Shown piece by piece: positions 1 to 10,635 of a DNA stretch of 63,276 bases. The stretch spans positions 1 to 63,276 of IMG/VR virus record IMGVR_UViG_3300032334_002666; one strand, 5' to 3'. Numbering within the stretch: the first letter of the stretch is position 1; each line of letters begins with the position of its first letter. The DNA comes from a virus. Its lineage: Duplodnaviria; Caudoviricetes. The position numbers and the translations under genes were made by a program. The notes beneath the pieces are model-generated. The model was not told where the DNA came from. It ran no database searches and was given only the letters and a program-made list of their open reading frames with translations.

Positions 1-2
1 TA

Positions 3-239
3 TCAAAAGACTTTAGATTAGTTGAACTTCCAAGCTTTGTAAAGTCAGAGGATATTATAAACTTGATTAAGAGTTCAAACTATGAAGAGTTTAAAAAAGA
101 AACACCGACATCGGTCTCTGCTGAATTTTTTAATTTACAAAAGGAGGTAGGTAAACATACTGATGTAAATGAAGCTAATCAGGACATACGTTTTAACGAG
201 CCTGATATAGCAGAAGATTCGACAGATGATATAGTTTAA
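3..239 (+). CDS. 3' end of a gene entering the window; possibly a phage cytidylyltransferase-like protein
   Basis: Open frame from 3 to TAA at 237-239 (SKDFRLVELPSFVKSEDIINLIKSSNYEEFKKETP...). It weakly resembles the C-terminal helix of T4-like cytidyltransferases. Confidence 0.4.
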   Translation, partial: SKDFRLVELPSFVKSEDIINLIKSSNYEEFKKETPTSVSAEFFNLQKEVGKHTDVNEANQDIRFNEPDIAEDSTDDIV

Positions 240-265
240 AACTTTAATTGATTCTCGAATATAAT
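238..265 (+). promoter_or_regulatory. Class B (putative early/middle) promoter AAAACTTT-N14-TATAAT
   Basis: The same bipartite motif recurs upstream of at least 8 non-virion genes. This copy ends 19 nt before the ATG at 285. Confidence 0.6.
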
Positions 266-284
266 ATACAAAACTTTCCAGTCT

Positions 285-1844
285 ATGAGGTTTAAAGAAT
301 TAGAAGAGTCAGATATTACCTATTTTACCGAAGTATACTATAATAAAGATATTTCATGGGATAATCGATTACGTCAATTATCTGAAAAGTTTGAGTGTTC
401 AACCAGAACACTAGAGAGATGGGCGTCAAACCTTAAATTGACAACACCTACCCAAGAGGAATCACCACAATATCAAATAGCTCAAGAGAGAGAATACAAT
501 AAGAAATCCAAGAGATTTATTATTAGTTGGGCACAAAATAACACAGGAGTACACCCTGCGTTTATTGAAAACATGAAAGCGTATGCTGATTTTATTAATG
601 CAGACATTCATATAATCGCAGGTCGATATAAAAATCCAACCTCTGTCTGGACCAATAATCAGGAAGAGAGCGAATTTTGGGATCCAATCGTCGTTCCCTA
701 CCTAGATGCAAATCGTCATAATATACATAAATATCTTTCTATTATGTCAGACGTTAAGATTCAGCCAACTGCTGTTAATCCTATGACTGGACTAGAGGGA
801 ATGAGTGGAATTAATTCATGTGTAGTAGGTTCGCCTAAAATGCAAATGGAAATGGTTCCTGTGTTGGAGGGTAATGCACCAAAAATGATGATTACAACTG
901 GCGCCTGTACAAATAAGAATTATACAGATTCTAAGGCAGGTAAGAAAGGAGAATTTCATCATACTCTAGGATTTGTTATTGTTGAAATTAAGAATGACGA
1001 AATATTCTTTATGCGACAGGTAACTGCAACTGATTCAGGAAGCTTTACCGATCTTTTTTATAATACTACTAATTGTGAAGTATCTCGAATTTCTGAAATA
1101 TCTGCAATTATCCTAGGTGACCTACACTATGGCAAACACGATCAAGAGGTATTAAATAAGACTCTTGACTTTATGAATATTCTTCATCCTGAACATGTCA
1201 TCCTACACGATGTTTTTGATGGAACCTCAATTAGTCACCATGAAGAAAAGGATCCATTTATACAATATCAAAAGGAATTAGACGGCACCAATTCACTAAA
1301 GAAGGAGGTTGACGATATGATAATTGGTCTGGCCGATTTTGAAGACTATAATACTGTAATTGTTCGAAGTAATCACGATGATTTCCTAGACCGATGGTTA
1401 AAGAACACTGACTGGCGAAAAACGGTTACTCCTAAAAACTCTCTAGAATATATGCTCTATTCTGCGGCTATTCTTGGAGGAGAGGCACCAAATGGTGTTA
1501 TTCCTTGGGTGATAAACAAGGCATATCCTCACTTTATTACACTGGGCAGAAGCGATAGTTACATCGTTAATGATTGGGAATTAGGCCAGCATGGAGACAT
1601 AGGAGCAAGCGGTAGTCGAGGATCCCTGCAACAATTTAGAAAACTAAATACTAAAATTGTAGTTGGTCACTATCACTCACCTGGAAGAAAGGATGGAGCT
1701 CTTGCTGTAGGGACTACTAGTAAATTAAGATGCGGCTATAATATTGGCCCGAGCTCATGGTTACATTCACACGTAATTATTCACAAAGATTCAAAAGCAC
1801 AACACATTAACTTTATAAAAGGCGGGTATACTACTCTAAAATAA
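285..1844 (+). CDS. T5 A1-like calcineurin-family metallophosphoesterase/nuclease with an N-terminal HTH-like segment
   Basis: Motifs GDLH, HDVFDG, SNHD, QHGD and GHYHS; an FIISWAQNNT block typical of T5 A1 homologues. Confidence 0.7.
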   Translation: MRFKELEESDITYFTEVYYNKDISWDNRLRQLSEKFECSTRTLERWASNLKLTTPTQEESPQYQIAQEREYNKKSKRFIISWAQNNTGVHPAFIENMKAYADFINADIHIIAGRYKNPTSVWTNNQEESEFWDPIVVPYLDANRHNIHKYLSIMSDVKIQPTAVNPMTGLEGMSGINSCVVGSPKMQMEMVPVLEGNAPKMMITTGACTNKNYTDSKAGKKGEFHHTLGFVIVEIKNDEIFFMRQVTATDSGSFTDLFYNTTNCEVSRISEISAIILGDLHYGKHDQEVLNKTLDFMNILHPEHVILHDVFDGTSISHHEEKDPFIQYQKELDGTNSLKKEVDDMIIGLADFEDYNTVIVRSNHDDFLDRWLKNTDWRKTVTPKNSLEYMLYSAAILGGEAPNGVIPWVINKAYPHFITLGRSDSYIVNDWELGQHGDIGASGSRGSLQQFRKLNTKIVVGHYHSPGRKDGALAVGTTSKLRCGYNIGPSSWLHSHVIIHKDSKAQHINFIKGGYTTLK

Positions 1845-1848
1845 ATAA
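1841..1848 (+). promoter_or_regulatory. Class A (late) promoter ATAAATAA
   Basis: Resembles the T4 late promoter TATAAATA; 22 nt before the ATG at 1871. Confidence 0.55.
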
Positions 1849-1870
1849 CTTAGAAATAGGTAATATTTTT

Positions 1871-2038
1871 ATGAAGTATATTTTAAACCAGGCAAAATAC
1901 CTATTTGAAAAGGTAACTAATACTCGTGTTATATGTGATAAATGTGGATGGAATTGGGCAATCGCCGATGGCGGTAAGGATGTGTACGTATGTCACAAAT
2001 GCTGGACTAATAACACCCCAAAAGAAGCTTTAAAATAA
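1871..2038 (+). CDS. 55-aa zinc-ribbon protein (not in ORF track)
   Basis: MKYILNQAKYLFEKVTNTRVICDKCGWNWAIADGGKDVYVCHKCW...; two CxxC pairs; follows a late promoter motif. Confidence 0.7.
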   Translation: MKYILNQAKYLFEKVTNTRVICDKCGWNWAIADGGKDVYVCHKCWTNNTPKEALK

Positions 2039-2047
2039 TCAAGTAGT

Positions 2048-2239
2048 GTGGCCAAGAAAAATGATAGTCAACAAAATTTTGAAGATTACCGTAAAGGTAA
2101 AGCAAAATTAAAGAACGCAGTTCTACAACATCCAGAAGAGAGTAATGGCGGAAAGTCAGTATATGACTTTATGCAGGGCGAGGTTAAACGCAATATGTGG
2201 GTCATTCCTTATGCGCAGTTTAAAAAGAGAGATAAATAA
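2048..2239 (+). CDS. Hypothetical protein
   Basis: GTG-start 63-aa ORF that fills the gap in the operon. Confidence 0.6.
   Translation: MAKKNDSQQNFEDYRKGKAKLKNAVLQHPEESNGGKSVYDFMQGEVKRNMWVIPYAQFKKRDK
2232..2239 (+). promoter_or_regulatory. Class A (late) promoter ATAAATAA
   Basis: 19 nt before the ATG at 2259. Confidence 0.55.
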
Positions 2240-2258
2240 TTAAAATCTCAAAGATAAT

Positions 2259-4208
2259 ATGAGTTTTGAAGCATATTTAAGAAACTGGCTTAGTCTCACT
2301 GAATCAATCGTAAATGAGACTACTGAAGAGAAGGAGGATAAGAAATCATCTGAATTTGAAGATATCCTTAATATTATTGAGTCAGGAATAGGCGGAGAAA
2401 CCTCAGATAAAACGGCTAGAACTACATCATTCGAATCAATCGAACAGGTATTACAAAAAGTAGACATACTTACTCTAGAAAAAATAAAGGATAATCCACA
2501 ATTACAAAAGGTGTTGCTAGCAATGGTTGCGCCTGGAAAAGTTGAGTGGATGGGTGAATACTTGACTAAATCTAAGAAAAATTTAAACGCTCTATCATCC
2601 GATAAGAAGAAGACAGATCCTTCTCTTAATTTTGAAGGGTATAAAAGGTTTACTTTACGTGAGGCTGATGTTAAGAGTCGAATCTATAAGATGCACTTGA
2701 TATTTAAGTACGCATCTGATCTTCCTGAATTAGACAAAGAGACAAATCTCTTATTAGCACTAAAACAATTAGATGCTTCCTTAATTACTTCAACTGAGGC
2801 GAATCAGCCAACTATTAAGATCAATAAGATTGGAAGTATTGATAATACTGTCGAGTCAAATGAGTTTGGAGTAATTGATTCAAATGGGGAGTCTAGGATA
2901 ATGAAGAAGGAAGAACTTTCTGATCTTCTTGAGAAGAATCCTGAGATTGCAGAAAAGGCTAAAGCCTTGGCTAATGATTCCTATAAGAAAAAACTAGGTA
3001 AGCTCGTACAGAGAACGGAAGATACTATCAGAAAGGAAGTAGCTGATTCAATGAAAGAGACTGAGAGAGTAATTTCGGACTTGCCGAATGATGAAAAGAC
3101 AATGGAGAAACTACAAGTCGATTGGAAACCTCTAATCGATGCACTAGGTTACTCCAAATTCTTCAGCGGTCCAATTAAGGCAAAGGAGAAGGAGGTAACG
3201 AAGAACGAACGCCCGAGTCTAAGAAAAAAGAATAGGATTAAAGAAAAATTGATGAGCGCACTAAGTTCATCTCTACTTCCACCCATGGCAAATGGTGAGA
3301 TATCTGCTCCAGGCGGAGATTACTATAAATTATTTAAGAAATTAGAGGGACAGAACGCTGCATGGCTAGAAGCAGCAATTAAAGAAGTATTAGTAGATTC
3401 AGCTAGGATTGCACAATTTAATAACTCAGCAAGAACTGCTGAGAGCTCACTCGAAGAGAACCAGTTAGCATATCTACAAATATGTAGCTCATGGATAACT
3501 AAATATATTGAGAGTGAAGTTGATGGAGAGCTCTCTAAGCGAGATACAGATAATGCAATCGCTAAAATTAAGTCAATTACTCAACAAAAAGAGAAGGAGA
3601 TTAAAAACTATTATCTTTCAAAGGATTTCAATATGAAGAACTTTAAAGGTATTCAGCTCAAACCTGACCTGCGCCTTCCTCTCTATCAAAGGGTTAGATT
3701 AGCGGTTAGCGAGGCAGACAGAATAGCTGAGAGTCCACTAAAAAACCTGCTTAAGGGTCTTGGCCAAATAGCAGTTGGATTATTTTCAACTATACCTGAT
3801 AGAGGTGATATGGCACTAGCTAAAAAGAATGCTGATCAAAATAGAGCAATCTTCAATGGTCTGTATAGTATTATTAAAGGCGGAGTATATGGCGTAAGCA
3901 AACAAGGAGGCCGAGACTTTGAAAAAGGAGTAGAAAAAGTTACGAACAAGTTAAGACTTGATGCAGTTGGATTGACACCATATGAAAAAGGTGAAGGCCC
4001 TAAATTCTATAAGTCAGCCGAAAAGAAAACAAATGAAGATGCTGTGCCTGCATCAACATCACCAGGAGCCACTTTCCAAACACCTGCTACCCTACCTTCT
4101 AATAATATGGATACATTTGCACTTGCTGGTCCAGGTAAAAAGATCAAACCGAAGAAAATCGTAAAGAAGGTTTCTAATTTTAGCGATTTTCTGAAAAGTA
4201 AGGACTAA
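2259..4208 (+). CDS. Large alpha-helical protein, probably virion/internal head
   Basis: 649-aa ORF after a late promoter; LxE/VNE motifs and a C-terminal VSNFSDFLK motif shared with CTS-like proteins. Confidence 0.55.
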   Translation: MSFEAYLRNWLSLTESIVNETTEEKEDKKSSEFEDILNIIESGIGGETSDKTARTTSFESIEQVLQKVDILTLEKIKDNPQLQKVLLAMVAPGKVEWMGEYLTKSKKNLNALSSDKKKTDPSLNFEGYKRFTLREADVKSRIYKMHLIFKYASDLPELDKETNLLLALKQLDASLITSTEANQPTIKINKIGSIDNTVESNEFGVIDSNGESRIMKKEELSDLLEKNPEIAEKAKALANDSYKKKLGKLVQRTEDTIRKEVADSMKETERVISDLPNDEKTMEKLQVDWKPLIDALGYSKFFSGPIKAKEKEVTKNERPSLRKKNRIKEKLMSALSSSLLPPMANGEISAPGGDYYKLFKKLEGQNAAWLEAAIKEVLVDSARIAQFNNSARTAESSLEENQLAYLQICSSWITKYIESEVDGELSKRDTDNAIAKIKSITQQKEKEIKNYYLSKDFNMKNFKGIQLKPDLRLPLYQRVRLAVSEADRIAESPLKNLLKGLGQIAVGLFSTIPDRGDMALAKKNADQNRAIFNGLYSIIKGGVYGVSKQGGRDFEKGVEKVTNKLRLDAVGLTPYEKGEGPKFYKSAEKKTNEDAVPASTSPGATFQTPATLPSNNMDTFALAGPGKKIKPKKIVKKVSNFSDFLKSKD

Positions 4209-4229
4209 TCCTAAACTTTTTAAAGCCTA

Positions 4230-4237
4230 ATAAATAA
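4230..4237 (+). promoter_or_regulatory. Class A (late) promoter ATAAATAA
   Basis: 16 nt before the ATG at 4254; heads the baseplate operon. Confidence 0.6.
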
Positions 4238-4253
4238 TAAAAACTAGATTCTT

Positions 4254-6137
4254 ATGGATATCCTTAGTGCAGCAGTAGGTAATGGCGGAGTATCCGATAA
4301 TATTTTAAATTTATCGTCAGTTCAATCTCTTGGACAGTCGACTGAAGTTACTGGTGGAAAAACTGCGCAGACCGGTGAAGTTAAAGGAGATGGGTCAAAG
4401 ACAATTAAGATAATTGGTACAGAATCAATATTTAATCCATTCTATATTTTTAGATACTCTGAATTTGGTGCAGGAACAACTGCAAATACTTCTGGAGACT
4501 ATGATCTAAAGAGACATAACCTAAGTTATGAGGGTTCAAATGCTCTACTCGGTAGAGTACAAGAAGCTGCTGAAAAATTAAAGCGTCAGCAGGCAGTAGT
4601 TGTACAAAACCCAACTGCTATTGCAATTAAGACATGGGCAGATCAGCAGGCAACATTAGGTTCAAATCATAAGGGCCCTTTATATCCATATCCATATTCC
4701 CTAACTGATTTTACTCACTGTAAATATTATGGACTTGTTCCAAATAATAGGCTACTTACACTTAGGAGATATCCAGTACCAGTAGAAGATAACTTACAAG
4801 TACATCAAGACAAGTTACCGTTGGTTCCGATTGCGCAAGCTGTTACTTGGTGGGGAGGAGATACTAGCAATACACTAGATGGAATCTTAGGTATGACCTT
4901 TGGTTTTAAATGGAAAGCATATCCTAAAGAGGGAGAAGAAATACAGGATGTTCAAGGTAATGAACTTATTTTAGAAGATGCGCTGGATGCTGCTGGAATA
5001 ACAAATCCTACTGCTCGACAGGCATTAATTGCTTCTTTTGCAAATATGAATGATCAAAATCCATTTGCAGTATCAGGATATGATAAAGTATTACAGGATA
5101 ATTCTGTGAAACAACAAGAATCTGGTGCATACGCTAATCGTATACTCGGACCAATTAATGTTATTACTGAGACGAAGATAAGAGATAGAGGATTTAGTTT
5201 TGAACAAAAAATAGAGCTTGTTTTTGAATATAAATTAAGAGCGATTGGAACAGTTAATCCTAAAGTAGCAATGCTTGATTTACTAAGTAATTTTCTATCT
5301 TTGACATATAATAGAGCTTCTTTTTGGGGAGGAGGATATCGTTATTTTCAAAGAACTGGTGCTCTTCTTCCTGGATTTAATACTGATAATATGGAAAAAG
5401 GAGATTATGCATCAGCGACCAAAGATATTACTTCGATGTTGACTCAAATGATTGCTGCAGGTGGTGATGATCTTAAGGGATTTATTAATGGCGTTTCAAA
5501 TGATGCTAAGAATGCATCTAGTTTTACTGAAGGGTTTAAAAAGATTGCAGGAGATATTGCAGGAAGTAAGGTCGGACAAAATCTTATTGCAAGTAGAATC
5601 GGTAAACTTCATCAGGCACCATTAATAATGAGAGCCTTGGCAGACGGTCGTGCAGTTGGTGAATGGCACTTAACTGTCGGTAATCCAATGGATCCAATCG
5701 CGGTAATAGGTAATTTATGTATGGATTCTACAACTATTTCATTTGGAGAAGAACTCGGAGCACATGATTTTCCAATTAATGTAAAATTTAAAGTTTCATT
5801 AAGTCACGGAAGACCTAGAGCAAAACAGGATATTGAATCAATGTTCAATCATGGTGGAGGAGATCTTTCATTTACTGCTCTGCAGCCTCCAGCAAGTGCA
5901 CAAAATTCATATGGTGAATATAATAGTAGAAGAATTGCAGATACTACCGGTTCAGTATCAGCTAGTTTTAATTCAGCAACAACTACTGCTGATACTGCGG
6001 TCGGTGACAATGGACTTACTTCTGGCCAAAATTTAGCTAATTATTTTAGACCGGCAGTAGAAAGAAAATACGGTGCAGGGTTTGGAAAATCTGGAATATT
6101 ACCAGATTACTTTACAAAATTATATACAAAAGATTAA
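4254..6137 (+). CDS. Putative baseplate/tail-tube initiator (T4 gp48/gp54-like)
   Basis: First gene of the baseplate cluster; C-terminal tube-like beta segment (GNLCMDSTTISF...DFPINVKFKVSL). Confidence 0.5.
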   Translation: MDILSAAVGNGGVSDNILNLSSVQSLGQSTEVTGGKTAQTGEVKGDGSKTIKIIGTESIFNPFYIFRYSEFGAGTTANTSGDYDLKRHNLSYEGSNALLGRVQEAAEKLKRQQAVVVQNPTAIAIKTWADQQATLGSNHKGPLYPYPYSLTDFTHCKYYGLVPNNRLLTLRRYPVPVEDNLQVHQDKLPLVPIAQAVTWWGGDTSNTLDGILGMTFGFKWKAYPKEGEEIQDVQGNELILEDALDAAGITNPTARQALIASFANMNDQNPFAVSGYDKVLQDNSVKQQESGAYANRILGPINVITETKIRDRGFSFEQKIELVFEYKLRAIGTVNPKVAMLDLLSNFLSLTYNRASFWGGGYRYFQRTGALLPGFNTDNMEKGDYASATKDITSMLTQMIAAGGDDLKGFINGVSNDAKNASSFTEGFKKIAGDIAGSKVGQNLIASRIGKLHQAPLIMRALADGRAVGEWHLTVGNPMDPIAVIGNLCMDSTTISFGEELGAHDFPINVKFKVSLSHGRPRAKQDIESMFNHGGGDLSFTALQPPASAQNSYGEYNSRRIADTTGSVSASFNSATTTADTAVGDNGLTSGQNLANYFRPAVERKYGAGFGKSGILPDYFTKLYTKD

Positions 6138-6142
6138 GAAAA

Positions 6143-6727
6143 ATGTTAGTAAGTAAATTATTAAGAGTTAAAAAACTTTTTACTACGTCCACTGGTGAAT
6201 CAATTATTGATTTAATTAGTTCAACGTTTACGTTTGGCGAAAATGGATCAACCTCAGGACCAGTTCTTGTTTCTGAATATGAAACAATGAGACCTGATCT
6301 TCTATCAAATCGAGTGTATTCAACGCAGGATTACTGGGAAACTATCTTAAAATTCAATGGAATATCGAATCCTTTTTCATTAGATCAAGGAGAAATATTA
6401 CTTGTCCCATCATATTCAATAATGGAAAAAATGATAAAACCGCCTAGGGAAGTAAAAGAAAAAGGTACTGAACCTGCTAAAAAGAATGAGAGTGCAGTGA
6501 TTAAGCCAAAATCTGCAAAAGACAAGCAGAGGCTAGAATCTCTTAGAACAAAGGCACCTGAAATAGTTCCACCGAATGTAAACCTTACTGGTGCACAAAA
6601 TGTTAAAGTAGTAAACGGTCGAGTAATATTAGGCGGAGACATGACTCAGACAAGTTCAACAAATACTAATCAGTCTTCAACTAGATCAAGAGTACAAGAT
6701 CAGTTAAAAAATAGTCCAAATTTCTAA
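6143..6727 (+). CDS. Baseplate wedge protein, T4 gp53-like (LysM-like)
   Basis: RPDLLSNRVY...YWETILKFNGISNPF signature. Confidence 0.75.
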   Translation: MLVSKLLRVKKLFTTSTGESIIDLISSTFTFGENGSTSGPVLVSEYETMRPDLLSNRVYSTQDYWETILKFNGISNPFSLDQGEILLVPSYSIMEKMIKPPREVKEKGTEPAKKNESAVIKPKSAKDKQRLESLRTKAPEIVPPNVNLTGAQNVKVVNGRVILGGDMTQTSSTNTNQSSTRSRVQDQLKNSPNF

Positions 6728-6730
6728 GCA

Positions 6731-8233
6731 ATGGCATTTAGTCAAGTAATAAAGACTCATTTTCAACCCAAGATCAAGTTAATTGAACTTGGAGACTTTG
6801 ATAACTCTTCTGGGAGCACAACACCCACGATTAGTCGTCAAAACCAAAACACACAAGACTTTGGCCAAAAGGCTGGTGTAAATAAGCCATTTGTTAAATT
6901 AGGAGGAAAATCAATAACTGAAGTTGACTATTTAACTCTTGATGAGTCTGGATTTATGCCTAGTGTAAATCTAGTGTTTACTGATACTGCTGGAGAATTT
7001 TCTGGAAACTATTTTCCTAAAAGAAACTTAATGGTTAGTCTTTTTATTAATAGCGGTAACCCAAAATTAAAACCGATTAGATCAGATTATACGATAACTA
7101 GTGTAAAGTCTATTCCTATAAAAAATAGAGGCGATAATGTCACATTAAGTAAAGGAATAACTTATCATATAAAGGCTGAGTTATTTGTTCCTAGACTATA
7201 CAACAACATCTCTAGGAGCTATTCTAATATGACATCGATGGATGCAATAAAAGCTATCTGTTCTGACCTTGGTCTAGGTTATGCGCAAAATGAATTTACA
7301 ACAACTGATGTTATGACTTGGATTAATTTTAATACTAGCCCAGCAAATTTCTTACGAGAAATTGTAAGTTATTCATATCAAGACGATAATTCGTTCTTTA
7401 CTGGTTTTATTAGTAAAGAATTAATCTTTAACTTAGTTAATGTAAATGAACAATTGCGCCAGGTCGAGGTAGATGATACTTTTACAAGTAATTCGAATCC
7501 AATGTCTCAAAATATTACACAGGCTCAAAAAGATAGCCCTCTTCAAGCGGGATTATCTGAGGCGACTGTTCCCAACTTTCTAACAAATCAAAGAACTAGC
7601 ATAAATCATCCAAATTATATTTATGAGGCTAATTTAATATCTGATCATGGTGCAGTTCTTAAAAAGGAAGGATATAAGAAGAAGATTTATTACTATGATC
7701 ATTTTGATGAGAGTGAAGATCAAAAGAAGAAATTTAAGGAATTTTTCGTAGCTCCAACAAATACGGAAGGTACATCAGATGCCTCAATGTTAATTCCAGA
7801 CGATGAAGGGATGGATGAGGTTGGAAATAAGAAATGGATGAATATTAACTATGGAAACACTCATGAAAATTGGAATGCAGCTCGAGTTTTTAATCATCAT
7901 AACTTAAAAGAACTTGAGAAAATAAAGCTTAGAGTCCTATTAAAAGGAGTAAATTTTCAAGTAATTAAAGGAATGACTGTTCCAGTATTAATGACAACGT
8001 CGATGGCTGAAAAAATAAAAAAGGAGACTGACCCGACTGGAAAGGAAGATGTTGATCCAAATAAACAAAAGATGGAGGATGAGACTCTTGATGCAGAATT
8101 GACTGGCTGGTACTATGTAAAAGAGGCAAAATATACTTTTGATCCTAGTGACGAACATATATTCTATACTGAATTAATTTTAGCTCGAAGAGAATGGATA
8201 CCGCCAAAAATAAAATTCACAGCAAATGCATAA
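6731..8233 (+). CDS. Putative baseplate hub protein (gp27-like)
   Basis: Lies between gp53-like and gp5-like genes; C-terminal LTGWYYVKEAKYTF...TELILARRE resembles hub proteins. Confidence 0.55.
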   Translation: MAFSQVIKTHFQPKIKLIELGDFDNSSGSTTPTISRQNQNTQDFGQKAGVNKPFVKLGGKSITEVDYLTLDESGFMPSVNLVFTDTAGEFSGNYFPKRNLMVSLFINSGNPKLKPIRSDYTITSVKSIPIKNRGDNVTLSKGITYHIKAELFVPRLYNNISRSYSNMTSMDAIKAICSDLGLGYAQNEFTTTDVMTWINFNTSPANFLREIVSYSYQDDNSFFTGFISKELIFNLVNVNEQLRQVEVDDTFTSNSNPMSQNITQAQKDSPLQAGLSEATVPNFLTNQRTSINHPNYIYEANLISDHGAVLKKEGYKKKIYYYDHFDESEDQKKKFKEFFVAPTNTEGTSDASMLIPDDEGMDEVGNKKWMNINYGNTHENWNAARVFNHHNLKELEKIKLRVLLKGVNFQVIKGMTVPVLMTTSMAEKIKKETDPTGKEDVDPNKQKMEDETLDAELTGWYYVKEAKYTFDPSDEHIFYTELILARREWIPPKIKFTANA

Positions 8234-9344
8234 TTTTTACGGAGTACGAAATAAGGTTGATAATTTTAGAAAAGGTTTTTTTCTTGATCCATATGATCAG
8301 CCAACATATTTAACATTTGCCCTAGACTTTAGGTTTGAAGGACTTGATGTTGATTCGCTAGCGGATGATGGATTATGGAAAAGTCCTCTATTTGAAAAAG
8401 GATCAAAAAATAATTGGTATAGCGCACAAACTCACTTGGGATCCCTTGGATATAAAGACAAGGAGGCAGGCTTAGCTAAATTTAAGTCTATTCTAGAATA
8501 CTTAACATTTAATGCTCCATGGTATTTTCAGTCTATTCAAGGATTAAGTAAATTATGGGGAAATGCAACAGATATGACAACCGCTTACAAAGGTAAGGAA
8601 GCAATCCTAACAATTGAAACATTGGAAGCAATTGACCTAAGAATAACTGAGATTGCTAGCTTATACAGATCTGCAGTATATGATAAAGTGTATATGAGAG
8701 AATTGGTGCCAGACAACTTACGATGGTTTTGTGTAGACATATATGTAGCTGAGGCTAGGAATATCAGGTATAATCCAGCAGGCTCTTTTAGTAATATGAC
8801 AAGTGCTCTTGGTATAGACACAAGTGGTTTAAATAGAACACTTACTGACGCTAGTGCAGGACTAGGTTCACTATTAGGAAATCAGCAATTGGATCAAAGT
8901 AATCCAATGAAACAATTTGGATACTTAAAGTTTAAGTGTAGACAGTGTGAGTTTGATTTTTCAGACACTTTTGTTGGAGGAGACACTATGGATGTTGCTA
9001 CAGGCAAGATAAAAGAACCAAATGGAGGTAAATTTAAGATCAAAGTTGGATATTTTGAGGAGGAGAGTGAATATCATGATTCTACTAAAATTGCAGATGA
9101 CTATGTGACGAATGCACTAAAAAATCCATGGAGCGCAATGAATACTGCAGCAGATATTCAGACAAGAATAGGCGGAGCCTCTGATTTACCATTTGTTGGA
9201 GGATTTGTAGATAAGGGGGTACAGGGATTGCAGGAGAAACTTAAATCTATTGGTGGACTAGTTAATCCAGCACTGGGGGCAGCATTCGGTGGACCAAATA
9301 TTAAGAATATTGGTGATTTATACCCTACGAATAATCCTAAATAA
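8226..9344 (+). CDS. Putative tail-tube-fold baseplate protein
   Basis: In the baseplate operon; PWYFQSIQGL and LTIETLE segments resemble tube-like folds. Confidence 0.45.
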   Translation: MHNFYGVRNKVDNFRKGFFLDPYDQPTYLTFALDFRFEGLDVDSLADDGLWKSPLFEKGSKNNWYSAQTHLGSLGYKDKEAGLAKFKSILEYLTFNAPWYFQSIQGLSKLWGNATDMTTAYKGKEAILTIETLEAIDLRITEIASLYRSAVYDKVYMRELVPDNLRWFCVDIYVAEARNIRYNPAGSFSNMTSALGIDTSGLNRTLTDASAGLGSLLGNQQLDQSNPMKQFGYLKFKCRQCEFDFSDTFVGGDTMDVATGKIKEPNGGKFKIKVGYFEEESEYHDSTKIADDYVTNALKNPWSAMNTAADIQTRIGGASDLPFVGGFVDKGVQGLQEKLKSIGGLVNPALGAAFGGPNIKNIGDLYPTNNPK

Positions 9345-9376
9345 AACTAAGTTAATAATCAAAGTAAAAATTAAAG

Positions 9377-10051
9377 ATGCTAGACCGAAATCACGATATA
9401 TCGAATAGAGACTTAGATGACTTAAGAGACAAGCAGTTCTTAGGGGTTGTTGAGCTTGTAGATGATCCTCGAAAAGAGGGTAGAGCCAGAGTTAGGGTAT
9501 ATAGTATTCACGATGATTTAGAGGCTGGTGATATTCCATGGGCGTATCCAAAGAATAAGGCTCTATTTTTTGGTCAAGACGGTCGTGCTGGATCTATCTC
9601 TATTCCTAAAGTAGGAAGTATCGTTGCTGTAAGATTCGATAACGGTAATCCATATTCTCCTGAATACTTCGCGATTCATGAATTGGCACAAGACGTAAAG
9701 GATGAGCTAAATACTGAATATGAAGGAAGTCATATTGTTCTCTTCGATGGGGACCAAGAATTAAAGTTATGGTTTAGCGTAGGAAAAGGCTTGACGATTT
9801 CAGTAAAAGGAGCAAGCATAAATCTTGCGCCAGATAACCTAATAACAGTAAAGACTGATAATAAAGTTGTGATTGATTGTCCTAATATTGAACTTGGTTC
9901 AACTACATCAGCTGCGCTATCTGAATATGTGATAAAAGGTGAAACTTTCTTAGAACTTTTTAATGCTCATATACATCCTGCAGCAGGTGGACCACCAGCT
10001 CCTCCTCTTATTGCAGACGTAGTAATAAGTAAAACAACAAAAACTAAATAA
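9377..10051 (+). CDS. Baseplate central spike (gp5/gpV-like OB-fold) without a lysozyme domain
   Basis: GVVELVDDPRKEGRARVRV, IPWAYP and IPKVGSIVAVRFDNGNPYSPEY motifs; C-terminal NAHIH (HxH) tip motif. Confidence 0.85.
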   Translation: MLDRNHDISNRDLDDLRDKQFLGVVELVDDPRKEGRARVRVYSIHDDLEAGDIPWAYPKNKALFFGQDGRAGSISIPKVGSIVAVRFDNGNPYSPEYFAIHELAQDVKDELNTEYEGSHIVLFDGDQELKLWFSVGKGLTISVKGASINLAPDNLITVKTDNKVVIDCPNIELGSTTSAALSEYVIKGETFLELFNAHIHPAAGGPPAPPLIADVVISKTTKTK

Positions 10052-10053
10052 GG

Positions 10054-10635
10054 ATGGCACTAGAAGATCAGGCAAAGGCAGTAACTCAATTAGGATCACT
10101 TGGAACAGATATTCCAAAACTAAACGCCGATGCCGTAATTGAAAATATTATTAAAAAGGACGAGACTCTTGGTAAATACTTAGTAATGATTGATGCGGCA
10201 AAAGCTGAAAAGATTGAGCGAGGAATGACTAAAGAAGAGGCAGATAAAGCGGCAGAGGAAGCTAAGAAGAAGATTTTAGAAGAGGTAAAGAAAAATCTTA
10301 AACCTGCAGTTGAAGAAGATATTATTAAGATAAAGCAGGAGTACAAGATCGCAAAGGAGGCACTTGATTCTATTCCAGTTGAAGTTCAGGCGACTGTTGC
10401 TACTGCTGCACTACCGGCAGCTCTGCCACCGGCTGTTCCTAATCCAGTATATACACTAGGAATTGCTCTACAAACAAAAAAGAGTCTATTAAAGACCTTA
10501 AATATTGTGCTCACTTCCCTAACAACAGTAATGATGCTGGCAAATAAGCTAAAGTTTGAATTGCCGGCAGCAATATTAAAACTGGTTGAAACCCTTTCAA
10601 TAGTTACAAAAGGTTTATCGCTTATTCCAGGCTAA
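10054..10635 (+). CDS. Hypothetical protein, probably baseplate-associated
   Basis: Immediately follows the spike gene; helical. Confidence 0.6.
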   Translation: MALEDQAKAVTQLGSLGTDIPKLNADAVIENIIKKDETLGKYLVMIDAAKAEKIERGMTKEEADKAAEEAKKKILEEVKKNLKPAVEEDIIKIKQEYKIAKEALDSIPVEVQATVATAALPAALPPAVPNPVYTLGIALQTKKSLLKTLNIVLTSLTTVMMLANKLKFELPAAILKLVETLSIVTKGLSLIPG

